DNA of 20,000 nt from Massalongia carnosa (lineage: Eukaryota): positions 2,097,889-2,117,888 of the forward strand of contig OZ287078.1 of assembly GCA_965645245.1 (NCBI GenBank), given 5' to 3'. This document shows positions 10,109 to 19,149 of the stretch, piece by piece. Under the pieces are notes generated by a model. That model had not been told where the DNA came from. It saw nothing but the letters and a program-made list of their open reading frames with translations, and did no database searches. How positions within the stretch are numbered: position 1 is the first letter of the stretch; every line of letters starts with the position of its first letter. The position numbers and the translations under genes were made by a program.

Positions 10109-11540
10109 CATTGAGCAGTATTGCGGGCAGTTCTTGAAGCAGGACACCGAGACTCCTGTGGGCGAGATCCTCGGCTGGCGCTTGCTGCTGTTTACTGTCT
10201 CGAAGGAGGTTGTTGGGCCGCACCAAGCACAGTGGGATGTGGACGAGAAGGTCCTGACCTACCGAGACGTTGATTTGCATATGGATCACGTGCCGCGGCT
10301 CTTACTCTCCGAGTTCCAGCAAGCCCAGCACCTACTCTACGACGAGCTGATGTTCGGGACCCAGAACCTTCCGCGGATGCGTGCTTGGGCATTAAAGGAC
10401 AACTTAGACGCCGATGCCTTTGGCTGGTTCTTTGGCCAGCACTGGGTGAACTTTGAGCTGGTAAAGCCACTGGCGAGGTCTTTGCTAACCGTTATCCAAG
10501 ACTCGAAGCCGTTGCGGGACTCGTTCCTGGATGCCAACGCGGATGGCGCTAAGGTCTGGCGGGAGAAAGCGATTGAACGGTCTGAGGCCGTGGCTAACGA
10601 GTTCCTGAAAAGGCTCTTAGTCTTGATCCACATGGGCTCTGGCCAGCCTCTGCGCGAGAGTGAACTGTTCTCCGTCACCTGGCGTAACACCCAGCGGCGG
10701 CAAAGCGTCTACCTCAAGCACGGGCTAGTCATGCTGCACACCACATACCACAAAGGTCAGCAGCAGACGGACAAGTTTAAGGATAATATCCGGTTCTTGC
10801 CTGCACCTATAGGAGACCTCTTGCTGGACTACTTGGTAGTTGTAGTCCCGCTCCACCAGGTCTTCCTCCGCCGGTCTGCCCCGCATTCCCTTATCTCTCC
10901 GTACTTGTGGTGGCAAGACGGCAAGGTCTGGGCTGACAACCGGCTCACGCGGTGCATGGAGCAGGCATGTAGTCGGGCCAGCGTCCCCCGGCTACACATT
11001 GCCAACTGGCGGCAGATGACGGTCAATATCGTCGAAACTAAGTTTGCAGCTGACGTTGGGTGCTTTGAGGTTGACGACGGGGCTAACGACGAGGATGCCG
11101 AAGAGATCGAGGCGAACATTCGGATTATGACCAAGCAGCGGAACCATAGTAAGCGGACTGTCAACCGGGCATATGCAAACCAACACAATGCTAACTTTGG
11201 GAACGTGTGGGATGGCCTTATCCGCCGGAATCTGCGTGCTTCAACTCTGTGGAAGGACTTGTGGGGGCTTGACCAGCTGCTGGGACCTGCTGGGAAGAGG
11301 AAGCGGGATGGTGAAGAATTGGTGGTCCGCAAATGCTCAAGAAGATCGCCATGGGGGTCTACCGGCCACGGAAGAAGTGGTCAGCTGCGGCTCTGCTGAA
11401 CAGTGTAAGAAAGCTGTACCTAGAAAACACGCTGAAGTGGAAGTCAGCAGCGCAGGAGCGGGCTATGACTACTATCATGTCATGGACTGAGCAAGTGGTA
11501 GTTATCATGGCTACTGGCGAAGGGAAGAGCCTGCTGTTTA
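10109..11540 (+). pseudogene. TLH-type gene, 3' part: tyrosine-recombinase-like domain and start of a RecQ-type SF2 helicase, truncated after Walker A
   Basis: In frame with the 5' part once the copia element is removed (DTLER-IEQYCGQF). Motifs GSGQPLRESEL, TTYHK, IRFLP, NWRQ and QRNHS...RAYA. After a frameshift near 11315-11330 it reads KWKSAAQERAM...VVVIMATGEGKSLLF. Confidence 0.85.
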
Positions 11541-11766
11541 TAAGAGGGACAGTAGATACTAGTCCTTATGGGTTATAATGCTCAGTGTGACTGTGTGAGG
11601 GATAAAACGAGTTCAATTTCAATAGCCTAGTTCTACACCAAAATCTTCAGACGAAGTCTAAAAGCTTTACTCGGGCGGAGTTCTATATAACCCCTGAAAA
11701 GTCGGTTCCTCGGCACATTACCTAATCGATGCTAGTCTGATGTCAGGTGACCTCAGGACCCTGACA
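11541..11766 (-). repeat. 3' LTR (~226 bp) of the chromoviral gypsy element
   Basis: Starts TGTCAGGG right after the PPT (minus strand) and contains TTATATAG. The far end (CCCTCTTA, about 11541, +/-2 nt) coincides with the loss of helicase coding sequence. Confidence 0.7.
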
Positions 11767-13862
11767 CTACCCCTCCTCTGAGACGGCGGCTCCGGACGTC
11801 GATGGTTGACTGTTATTCATGAATAGGACATCCTTTGGGGCGTTGGGTTTTCCTTTATTGTCTGTATGAAATTTTCTGATTTCTTCTTTGGCGCGAATGA
11901 AATCAGTCTATGGCTGCCAAGGTGGGTTTGCGTTCCAGTCATCCCATGAGCCGATATAGGTTGCTTTATACTGAGTGCCGTATTTCTTAGTTTCACGGCA
12001 GTCGACGATTTCGAGGACTTCATATTCTTCATGAGGACTGGATTCGGCGTCTTCTTGAATCAGTATCGGGGGACCCGGTTCAATAAGTTGACCGGGGAAT
12101 GGGTTCGTAGGAGCCAGATGAAGTTTCTATGGATGAAATATGGGTGTGAGCCCCACTCTTTTCAAGTGTTCGGGAATTTCCAATTCATAGGCCTTGTTAT
12201 CTATGTTTCGGATGATTTTCCATGGCCCCGCGTTTTTGGAACTCAGGGAGCGACTCTGCTTGTCGACGGAGAAATCTTTGGTGTTGACATATACCATGTC
12301 TCCTATCTTGTAGTCTGGATGTGGGGCCCGCGACTCATTGGCATATCTCATCTGATCTGACTGTGCCCAGGTTAGGTGCTCGATAAGCCATTTGGTCATG
12401 GCTTCTTGTCGGGCGGTTATTTTGTCTGCCGACATCAGTTCCGCGCGTCCGGTGACATTTGAGTCAAAAGGCTGAGGCGGCTCCGAGCCACTACGAGGGT
12501 GATAACCGTGATCAGCGAAGAAGGGGGACATTCCGGTTGAAGCGTTCGTATGATTATTGACTGCAAATTCGGCATCTGGTAAGTAGTCCACCCAGTCGTC
12601 TTGAGCATGTCTGACGTATGCTCTCAGGTAGTTCTTCATAACCTTATTCGCATTTTCGGTTTGACCATCTGTTTCTGGATGATGCGCGGAGGACGGTTTC
12701 GATTTGACTCCTAATCGCTGACAAATTCGCTTCCACAGATGGGCTGTCAATTGCGTCCCGCGATCGTGGACGATGGAGTTTGGCAAGCCGTATGTTGAAA
12801 AGACCCGACGTTTGAGGACTTCTAGTACGTCCTTCGTGCCTATATCCACCATAGGTTCGTACAACCTACGTTTGGTCAATCTGTCCACGATAACCAAGAT
12901 ATTTTCGTACGTCCGGCCCCGTCTGTGACATTTGGGCAGTTTGACTACAAAGTCCAGAGATAAGTCTGTCCATTTTCTTTGAGGTATGGGTAGTGGGGCT
13001 AATAGTCCCTGTTTCTGATCGTTGTACGCCTTGGACCTTCGGCATGTAGAGCAGTTAGTAGCGTATCTTCGACAATCATCCTTCATGGACATCCAGAAAT
13101 AGTTCTCCAGCATTTTGGCATACATGCCTCGATACCCGGGGTGTCCTTGCATCGGGGGATTATGATGATCCGATAAAAGACGCAGCTTCAGCTTGTCGAA
13201 ATTCGGAATGAAGAGGCGTGTTTTGTAGTATAGTCTTTCGTGACGGACTTCCAAGTCACCCATCGCCAGTCTCAGCCCGTTGCTTAGAATTTTATCGGGC
13301 AATTTCTTCAGATTTTCCAACTTAGCCTTCATGACTTCCTGAATCATTGCGTCTTCTTGATATGCCTCCGCTAAAAGATTTTCTAATAATTCATCAGGCT
13401 TTTCTGCATCCGAATCATCATTCGAATTGATTGTGAACTCCTCTACCGTCAAGTCCTCTACTTCCTCATCCCTGATTTGATCGGATGAGTCAGTAGTAAT
13501 GTTGTCTTCAACCCGTTCTCGATTGGCCATGGATCTGGTTGTCACGTACAGCTTCAGGTCCTGTTTCACTTCATCGTCCAGCTGATTTTCTTTTAGCAGC
13601 ACCTGATATTGATATCTGGTGCGATCATCCTCCGCGTCCATCGGCAGATCTTGCTCTCTTCTGGTGAGGGCGTCCGGTTTGCCCCCTTGCTTGCCTGGTC
13701 TATACATAATGCGAAAATTATATTCCGCCAGCATCTCAGCCCAACGCACTTGACGGCGATTTAGTTGTTTCAAAGTCATGAAGGTCTCCAGATTCTTATG
13801 ATCTGAGTAGACCTTTGTTGATTGCTCCACTCCCGCTAGCTCCGGTCTCCAGATGACGAAAC
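11767..13862 (-). pseudogene. gypsy pol C-terminal part (RNase H end, integrase, chromodomain)
   Basis: VYSDHKNL, RQVRWAEML, HHNPPMQGHPG..CSTC, LSLDFVVKLP, IVDRLTK, VHDRGTQ, HPETDGQTE, AGPWKI. The same frame continues through TAGs at 12127 and 11908 into the chromodomain-like EEYEVLEIVDCRETKKYGTQYKATYIGSWDDWNANPPWQP. Confidence 0.93.
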
Positions 13863-14012
13863 TTAGGGTTAGGGTTAGGGTTAGGGTTAGGGTTAGGGTT
13901 AGGGTTAGGGTTAGGGTTAGGGTTAGGGTTAGGGTTAGGGTTAGGGTTAGGGTTAGGGTTAGGGTTAGGGTTAGGGTTAGGGTTAGGGTTAGGGTTAGGG
14001 TTAGGGTTAGGG
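13863..14012 (+). repeat. Telomeric repeat (TTAGGG)25
   Basis: 150 bp of perfect hexamers. The G-rich strand runs 5'->3' away from the fungal sequence, which is the polarity of a right chromosome end. Confidence 0.99.
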
Positions 14013-14013
14013 C

Positions 14014-14436
14014 GATCAGAGCCAGACCAGCGCCGTTCTCGGCGACGGCGGCGTTTATTCTTCGATCGACGATCTCGCCAAATGGGACGCCGCGCTCTAC
14101 GACAATCGGCTGCTGCGGGCCGAGTCGCTGCGCCGGGCGTTCACGCCGGCGACCAAAACCGACGATCCGGCGGTTCAATACGGGTTCGGCTGGCGCATGA
14201 CCGGCGAGACAGTCTGGCACTCCGGCGAGACGATGGGATTTCGCAACGTCATCGTGCGCTATCCGAAACGCCATTTGACCGTCATCGTTCTGACGAACCG
14301 CGACGAGCCGGAGCCCTATCCCGTGGCGCTGGCGATTGCGAGGATTTTCGTGCCGGACGCGGACCCGGCTCACGCGGCGACCTCGGTGACCGGCCCCGAC
14401 TCCGGCGCGCGGCCGCTGTCCGACCAACGTCGTTAG
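14014..14436 (+). CDS. Bacterial serine hydrolase (class C beta-lactamase-related family), 3' part only
   Basis: Open from the junction: DQSQTSAVLGDGGVYSSIDDLAKWDAAL...YGFGW...WHSGETMGFRNVIVRYP..LTVIVLTN. The N-terminal SxxK half is missing. Confidence 0.9.
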   Translation, partial: DQSQTSAVLGDGGVYSSIDDLAKWDAALYDNRLLRAESLRRAFTPATKTDDPAVQYGFGWRMTGETVWHSGETMGFRNVIVRYPKRHLTVIVLTNRDEPEPYPVALAIARIFVPDADPAHAATSVTGPDSGARPLSDQRR

Positions 14437-14465
14437 TTCTTTATCGCGTTTCGCGGCCGGCCGAG

Positions 14466-15065
14466 TCAGTCGCCCACCCGGATGACCAACACGTCGACGT
14501 CGGCCTTGCGCAGGATGGTGCGCAACCGATTGAGTTCGTCGAGCTTGGAGATCGGTCCGATGCGGATGCGGTGCCAGGTGTCGTTGTCCACGGATACTTT
14601 TTGTACTTTGGACTCCACGCCTTGCAATGCCAGCTGCGCGCGAATGCGATCGGCATCGGCAAAATTCTTATAGGAACCGGCTTGCAAGACATAGGTGCCG
14701 CGGCGCGTTTCCGGGACGGCGCGCACGTCGGGCTTGACGTCTTTTTCCCTTTCCGGGACCACCACCTCGAATTTGGGCAGACGGTCGTAGAAGTCGTAGG
14801 ATTGAGCCGGTTCTTCGGCTGCATCCGATTCGCCCGCTTCGGTGTCCGGCGATTCGGTATTGCGCAGTTTTCTCTTACCGGCCTTCGCGGTCGCGACAGC
14901 GGGCGTGTCCGAGCGATGGTCCTTGAGGTACACGATCCCTGCGATACTCAAGCCGACGGCCAAGCCGCACACGGCACCCAGCCATCCCGAAATCCGGCCC
15001 GGCGGCTTTCGTTTGGGCTTGTAGTCCCGCGCCATGCGTTTCGCCGCCACGTCTTTTCCCGCCAT
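14466..15065 (-). CDS. SPOR-domain membrane-anchored cell-division protein (FtsN-like); start codon uncertain
   Basis: MARDYK, one TM segment, YDFYDRLP, and C-terminal YVLQAGSYKNFADAD...WHRIRIGP. It lies directly downstream of argS. Confidence 0.9.
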   Translation of the reverse strand: MAGKDVAAKRMARDYKPKRKPPGRISGWLGAVCGLAVGLSIAGIVYLKDHRSDTPAVATAKAGKRKLRNTESPDTEAGESDAAEEPAQSYDFYDRLPKFEVVVPEREKDVKPDVRAVPETRRGTYVLQAGSYKNFADADRIRAQLALQGVESKVQKVSVDNDTWHRIRIGPISKLDELNRLRTILRKADVDVLVIRVGD

Positions 15066-16826
15066 TTACATCGTGTCGGGTGCCGAGACGCCTAGCAAAC
15101 GCAGTCCGTTTCGAATCACGACCTGCGTCGCGAACGCCAGAATCAGGCGCGCGTCGCGCAACGCCGCGTCATCGACGATGAACTGATGCGCGCTGTAATA
15201 AGAGTGAAAATCGTTTGCGAGATCGCGCAGGTAATGAACGAGCGTGTGCGGCGCGCGTTGCACCGCGCATTGCTGGATCACTTCCGGATAGGCGGCAATG
15301 CGTTTGATGAGTTGGATTTCCTGGGGCTCCTTCAGCTTTCCAAGCGAAGCCAGACCTCGGGCGGCGTCCTCCACGACTCCGCGCTCCGCCAGCTGCCGCT
15401 TCACGCTGGACACGCGCGCATGCGCATATTGAATGTAGTACACCGGGTTGTCGTTGGACCGCGCCTTGGCCAGTTCCAAGTCGAAGTCCAGATGCTGATC
15501 GTTGCTGCGCATGACATAGAAGAGCCGCGCCGCATCGTTGCCGACCTCGTGGCGTAGATCCCGCAGGGTCACGAATTCGCCGGATCGCGTCGACATCTGT
15601 ACCTTTTCGCCGCCGCGGAACAAAGAGACGAACTGCACGAGCCGTACCTCGAAACATTCCGGGGGGCCGCCCAGGGCAATCAAGCCGGCGCGCAGTCTGG
15701 CGATGTAGCCGTGATGGTCCGCGCCCCAGATGTACAGCAAGTGCTCGAAACCGCGGTCGCGCTTGTTGAGGATGAACGCGATATCGGAGGCGAAGTAGGT
15801 CTTGATGCCGTTGTCTCGGACGATCACGCGATCTTTCTCATCGCCGTACTCGGTGCTCTTGAACCAGAGCGCACCCTCCTTGCGATAGGCGCGGCCCTGA
15901 CTTTCGAGCATCTCGACTGTCTTGTCGATCGCGCCGCTGTCGCTCAAGGAGCGCTCGGAATACCAGGAATCGAAGGTCACGCCGAACTCGGCCAGATCTT
16001 CGCGGATATCGCTCAAGATTCCTGCGACCGCATGATCCAGCACGCGCCGGAACGCGCTGTCCCCGATCGAACGCCGCGCGCCGACGATGAGGGCGTCGAT
16101 GTAGACGTCCTTGTCGCCCCCTTGGGGCTCGTCGGGAGGCAAATCCTTGAACACTTCCGCGGCGCTACGGCGCAGCGCCTCGCCCTCCGCGGCATGCAAT
16201 TGCTCGGCAATGGCGACGACGTACCCTCCTCGGTAGCCGTTTGCCGGAAATACGAACCGCTCGCCGCAGCGTTCGAGATAGCGCAGCCAGGTGCTCACCG
16301 CGAGAATTTCCATCTGGCGCCCGGCATCGTTGATGTAGTACTCGCGGCCCACGCGATACCCCACGGCCTCGAGCAAATTGGCCACGGTGGCGCCGAATGC
16401 CGCATGCCGGCCATGGCCCACATGCAAGGGTCCCGTGGGATTGGCCGATACGAATTCCACCAGCACGGAGTGGTCCGCACCGAATTGCGACCTGCCGTAG
16501 CCGTCGCCCTGGCTGAGGACGCGGCCGAGTTCTGCGTGGTAAGCGTCATTCTCGAGAAAAAAATTGATGAAACCGGCACCGGCGATTTCCACCTTGGCGA
16601 GCGTGGCGTCCGGCGGGATCGCAGCCACCAGAGCTTCGGCGATCTTGCGCGGATTTTGCCGGGCAGCTTTCGCCAGCCGCATGGCGATATTGCTGGCGAA
16701 GTCACCGTGCTGCGGGTCACGCGTGCGCTCGATTTCGATGTCGAGATTGCGTGCCGCGGCCGGAACCAGCGTCTCGGGCAGCGATACCAGCGCCCGGCGC
16801 AACAACGAGTCGATCAAGGTCTTCAA
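15066..16826 (-). CDS. argS: Arginine--tRNA ligase
   Basis: HGDFASN, AGAGFINF, VEFVSANPTGPLHVGHGR (HIGH), WGADHHGY, MSTRSG, YYIQYAHAR, LLGVSAPDTM; 586 aa; TTG start. Confidence 0.98.
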   Translation of the reverse strand: MKTLIDSLLRRALVSLPETLVPAAARNLDIEIERTRDPQHGDFASNIAMRLAKAARQNPRKIAEALVAAIPPDATLAKVEIAGAGFINFFLENDAYHAELGRVLSQGDGYGRSQFGADHSVLVEFVSANPTGPLHVGHGRHAAFGATVANLLEAVGYRVGREYYINDAGRQMEILAVSTWLRYLERCGERFVFPANGYRGGYVVAIAEQLHAAEGEALRRSAAEVFKDLPPDEPQGGDKDVYIDALIVGARRSIGDSAFRRVLDHAVAGILSDIREDLAEFGVTFDSWYSERSLSDSGAIDKTVEMLESQGRAYRKEGALWFKSTEYGDEKDRVIVRDNGIKTYFASDIAFILNKRDRGFEHLLYIWGADHHGYIARLRAGLIALGGPPECFEVRLVQFVSLFRGGEKVQMSTRSGEFVTLRDLRHEVGNDAARLFYVMRSNDQHLDFDLELAKARSNDNPVYYIQYAHARVSSVKRQLAERGVVEDAARGLASLGKLKEPQEIQLIKRIAAYPEVIQQCAVQRAPHTLVHYLRDLANDFHSYYSAHQFIVDDAALRDARLILAFATQVVIRNGLRLLGVSAPDTM

Positions 16827-16906
16827 TTCAGATCCGGCGCAGTGACAGGGGCCGGCAGTTTACCGCAAACTTCCGCTCCGGCTTCCGGCGCTTATCAATC
16901 CCGTTG

Positions 16907-19105
16907 TCAATCCACTTCGATGGGATCGACGTCGATCGACCATCGGAGAGCCGGCGGCGCTGGAACGGTCTCGAGCAGCGGCAGCCAGCGGCTCAAAAAG
17001 CGCTGCAGTGCGGAACGTGCCGCCGTCTCGATGAGCAGGTGCGCCCGGAAATGATCGGCGCGCCGGGCGATCAGAGCGGAGGCCGGCCCCCATATTTTGA
17101 CGGGCGCAGCTGCGAGCGCTGTACCCCGCGCGGCTGCCGCGCGCAGGAAGGTATCGAGGCCGACGCTGTCCTTCGCTTCGGCACGCAGCATGGCAAGCCG
17201 CGAAAAGGGCGGCCACTCGGCCTGTCGGCGTTCTTCCAAGGCGCTTGCCGCGAACCCTTCGTAGCCTTCCGCGATCAGCCGGTTCAGCAAGGGGTGTTCG
17301 GGAAATTGGGTTTGGATGATGACTTCGCCGGCACGCGCCGCACGTCCCGCGCGCCCGGCCACCTGGGTGATGGTCTGAGCCAGGCGTTCGGTGGCGCGGA
17401 AATCGCTGGCAAACAACCCTTGGTCGGCGTCCAAAATAACGACGAGGCTGACTTCGGGAAAATGGTGTCCCTTGGTGAGCATCTGCGTTCCCACTAGAAT
17501 GCGCGCCTCACCCCCATGGACCCGTTGGAGCACGGCCTCAAGGGCACCTCGTTTCGTTGCCGTATCCCGGTCCAACCGGGCGAGCGGCGCGTGCGGGAAC
17601 AATCGTACCAAGGTCTCTTCGACGCGCTCCGTGCCTTGACCGACGGGATTCAATGGCTGGCTGCAACTGCCGCAAGCCCTGGGTACCGGGCTGTGCGCTC
17701 CGCAGTGATGGCAGCGCAGCTGCCCGGCGCGTCGATGCAGCGTCATGCGCGCATCGCAATGAGCGCAGGGAGCCACCCACCCGCAGGCGTTGCAGAACAA
17801 CGAGGGCGCGTAGCCGCGTCGATTCAAGAAGACGATGACCTGGCCGCCGGCGGCGAGGTGCCGTCCGATCGCCTGCATCGCCGGCTGCGACAAGCCCTCA
17901 TCACTGGCATGTTTTCGCAGATCGATCAACGCCGTCCGTGGCGGGTGAGCTGCGCCGGGCCGTTGCGGCAGCAGCAATTTCGAATAGCGTGCTTGGGCCG
18001 CATTCTCCAAACTCTCGAGCGACGGCGTGGCGGACCCCAAGATGATGGGTATGTGGGCCCGTTGCGCCCGCCAAACGGCGAGATCGCGGGCCGAATAGCG
18101 GAATCCTTCGTGCTGCTTGTAGGACGCATCGTGCTCCTCATCCACGACGATCAAGGCCAGCCGCGGCAGCGAGGTAAACACGGCGGACCGAGTGCCGATG
18201 ACGATGCGCGCGCGACCCCCGTGAGCGGAGCGCCATGCGTCGCGCCGCTCGAGCGAGGTAAGCGCCGAATGCAGGACAACCACGCCGGCGCTGAAGCGCT
18301 GCCGGAAGCGCTCGACCAACTGCGGAGTCAGGGCGATCTCCGGAACCAGAACCAGCGCTTGGCCGCCGGCGGCGATGGCGGCGGCGATGACCCGCAAATA
18401 GACCTCGGTCTTGCCGCTGCCCGTCACGCCATACAACAGGTGCGCGGCAAAGCGATCGAGCGATTGGGTGATGGTTTCGACGACGCTGGATTGGGCGTCC
18501 GTCAGCGTCACATCGCTGGGGCGAACGTCGAAAGCGCCGGATTCGGACAGCGGTAGTGAGGCGGCCTGTGGCGGTGATGGGGTGGCCCAAGCGCGATCGA
18601 CTGCCACGCGCAGAGCCCGGCGCTTGAACAGCGCACCCATGTCATCGACGGTTGCTGGTCCGTGTTCGGCGAGCCAGGCCAGCAGGGCCCGTGGCTGAGA
18701 CTTGCGGCCCGTGGGAGACTCCAGTTCCTGCCGGCCGGCCGGGCTGAGCATCCAAGCCTCGTCCATACCCGCCGCGGCCTGGCCGGCTCGCAGACTGGCC
18801 GGCAATGCCGCCGCAAGCACCTCGCCGAGAGGGTGGTGATAGTAGTCGGATGCCCAGCGGAGCAGCTCGAAAGTGATCGGATCGAACACCGGCTCATCGT
18901 CGAGAATCTCCAGCGCCGCCTTTAGCTTGCCATCGGCGATGACGCTGTCCCTGGCTGTGCCGACCAGGACGCCGATCAGGAATCGGCGCCCGAAGGGCAC
19001 CCGCACCCGTACGCCGCACTCGAGCGTTTCCGCAGAAACGTCCGGGGGACATAAGTAATCGAATGCCTGGCGCAGCGGAGTGTCGAGCGCAATTTGCAGA
19101 ATCAC
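16907..19105 (-). CDS. priA: Primosomal protein N' (replication restart helicase PriA)
   Basis: GVRVRVPFG, GVTGSGKTEVY, LVPEIALTPQ, DEEHD, four CxxC (CNAC, CAHC, CHHC, CGSC), QVAGRAGR, C-terminal WSIDVDP; 732 aa. Confidence 0.98.
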   Translation of the reverse strand: MILQIALDTPLRQAFDYLCPPDVSAETLECGVRVRVPFGRRFLIGVLVGTARDSVIADGKLKAALEILDDEPVFDPITFELLRWASDYYHHPLGEVLAAALPASLRAGQAAAGMDEAWMLSPAGRQELESPTGRKSQPRALLAWLAEHGPATVDDMGALFKRRALRVAVDRAWATPSPPQAASLPLSESGAFDVRPSDVTLTDAQSSVVETITQSLDRFAAHLLYGVTGSGKTEVYLRVIAAAIAAGGQALVLVPEIALTPQLVERFRQRFSAGVVVLHSALTSLERRDAWRSAHGGRARIVIGTRSAVFTSLPRLALIVVDEEHDASYKQHEGFRYSARDLAVWRAQRAHIPIILGSATPSLESLENAAQARYSKLLLPQRPGAAHPPRTALIDLRKHASDEGLSQPAMQAIGRHLAAGGQVIVFLNRRGYAPSLFCNACGWVAPCAHCDARMTLHRRAGQLRCHHCGAHSPVPRACGSCSQPLNPVGQGTERVEETLVRLFPHAPLARLDRDTATKRGALEAVLQRVHGGEARILVGTQMLTKGHHFPEVSLVVILDADQGLFASDFRATERLAQTITQVAGRAGRAARAGEVIIQTQFPEHPLLNRLIAEGYEGFAASALEERRQAEWPPFSRLAMLRAEAKDSVGLDTFLRAAAARGTALAAAPVKIWGPASALIARRADHFRAHLLIETAARSALQRFLSRWLPLLETVPAPPALRWSIDVDPIEVD

Positions 19106-19114
19106 AGGGTTATT

Positions 19115-19149
19115 TTGTCCACAAAAGCTGTGGATAAGTCTGTTGAGAA
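19115..19149. promoter_or_regulatory. DnaA-box cluster directly upstream of priA
   Basis: TTGTCCACA (19115-19123), 5-nt spacer, TGTGGATAA (19129-19137, perfect box in inverted orientation), then degenerate TGTTGAGAA (19141-19149). Confidence 0.7.

Larger units (their letters stand above)
11541..13862 (-). mobile_element. Chromoviral Ty3/gypsy retrotransposon, 3' part (RNase H end, integrase, chromodomain, PPT, 3' LTR), truncated by the telomere tract
   Basis: pol motifs as listed below, PPT AGAGGAGGGGTAG (11767-11779, minus strand), followed by TGTCAGGG. Confidence 0.93.

Noticed and set aside
2217..11766. LTRs at 2217-2488, 2954-3197 and 11541-11766 as partners of one element
   Set aside because: They share only the short TGTCA-type termini. 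Their internal sequences do not match by eye, so they are three different families.
4168..12129. TAG reassigned to Trp (alternative genetic code)
   Set aside because: The same elements also carry frameshifts, TAA/TGA stops and deletions, and TAG is the natural end of both pol frames (9428, 11767). Mutational decay explains it.
11541..13862. Telomere-specific retrotransposon (MoTeR/TRAS/SART-like)
   Set aside because: It is an LTR gypsy element cut mid-RNase H. Those telomeric elements are non-LTR and join the repeats at their own termini.
13863..14012. CRISPR array or bacterial VNTR
   Set aside because: There are no spacers; it is the canonical eukaryotic telomere hexamer next to subtelomere-type genes.
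13853..14200. 115-aa ORF with poly-(RV)
   Set aside because: It is a translation of the telomere repeat with no independent evidence of expression.
12127..14427. 766-aa ORF with a poly-(LT) tract as a real fusion protein
   Set aside because: It runs from the antisense strand of the bacterial hydrolase through stop-free CCCTAA repeats into gypsy pol, so it is a junction artefact.
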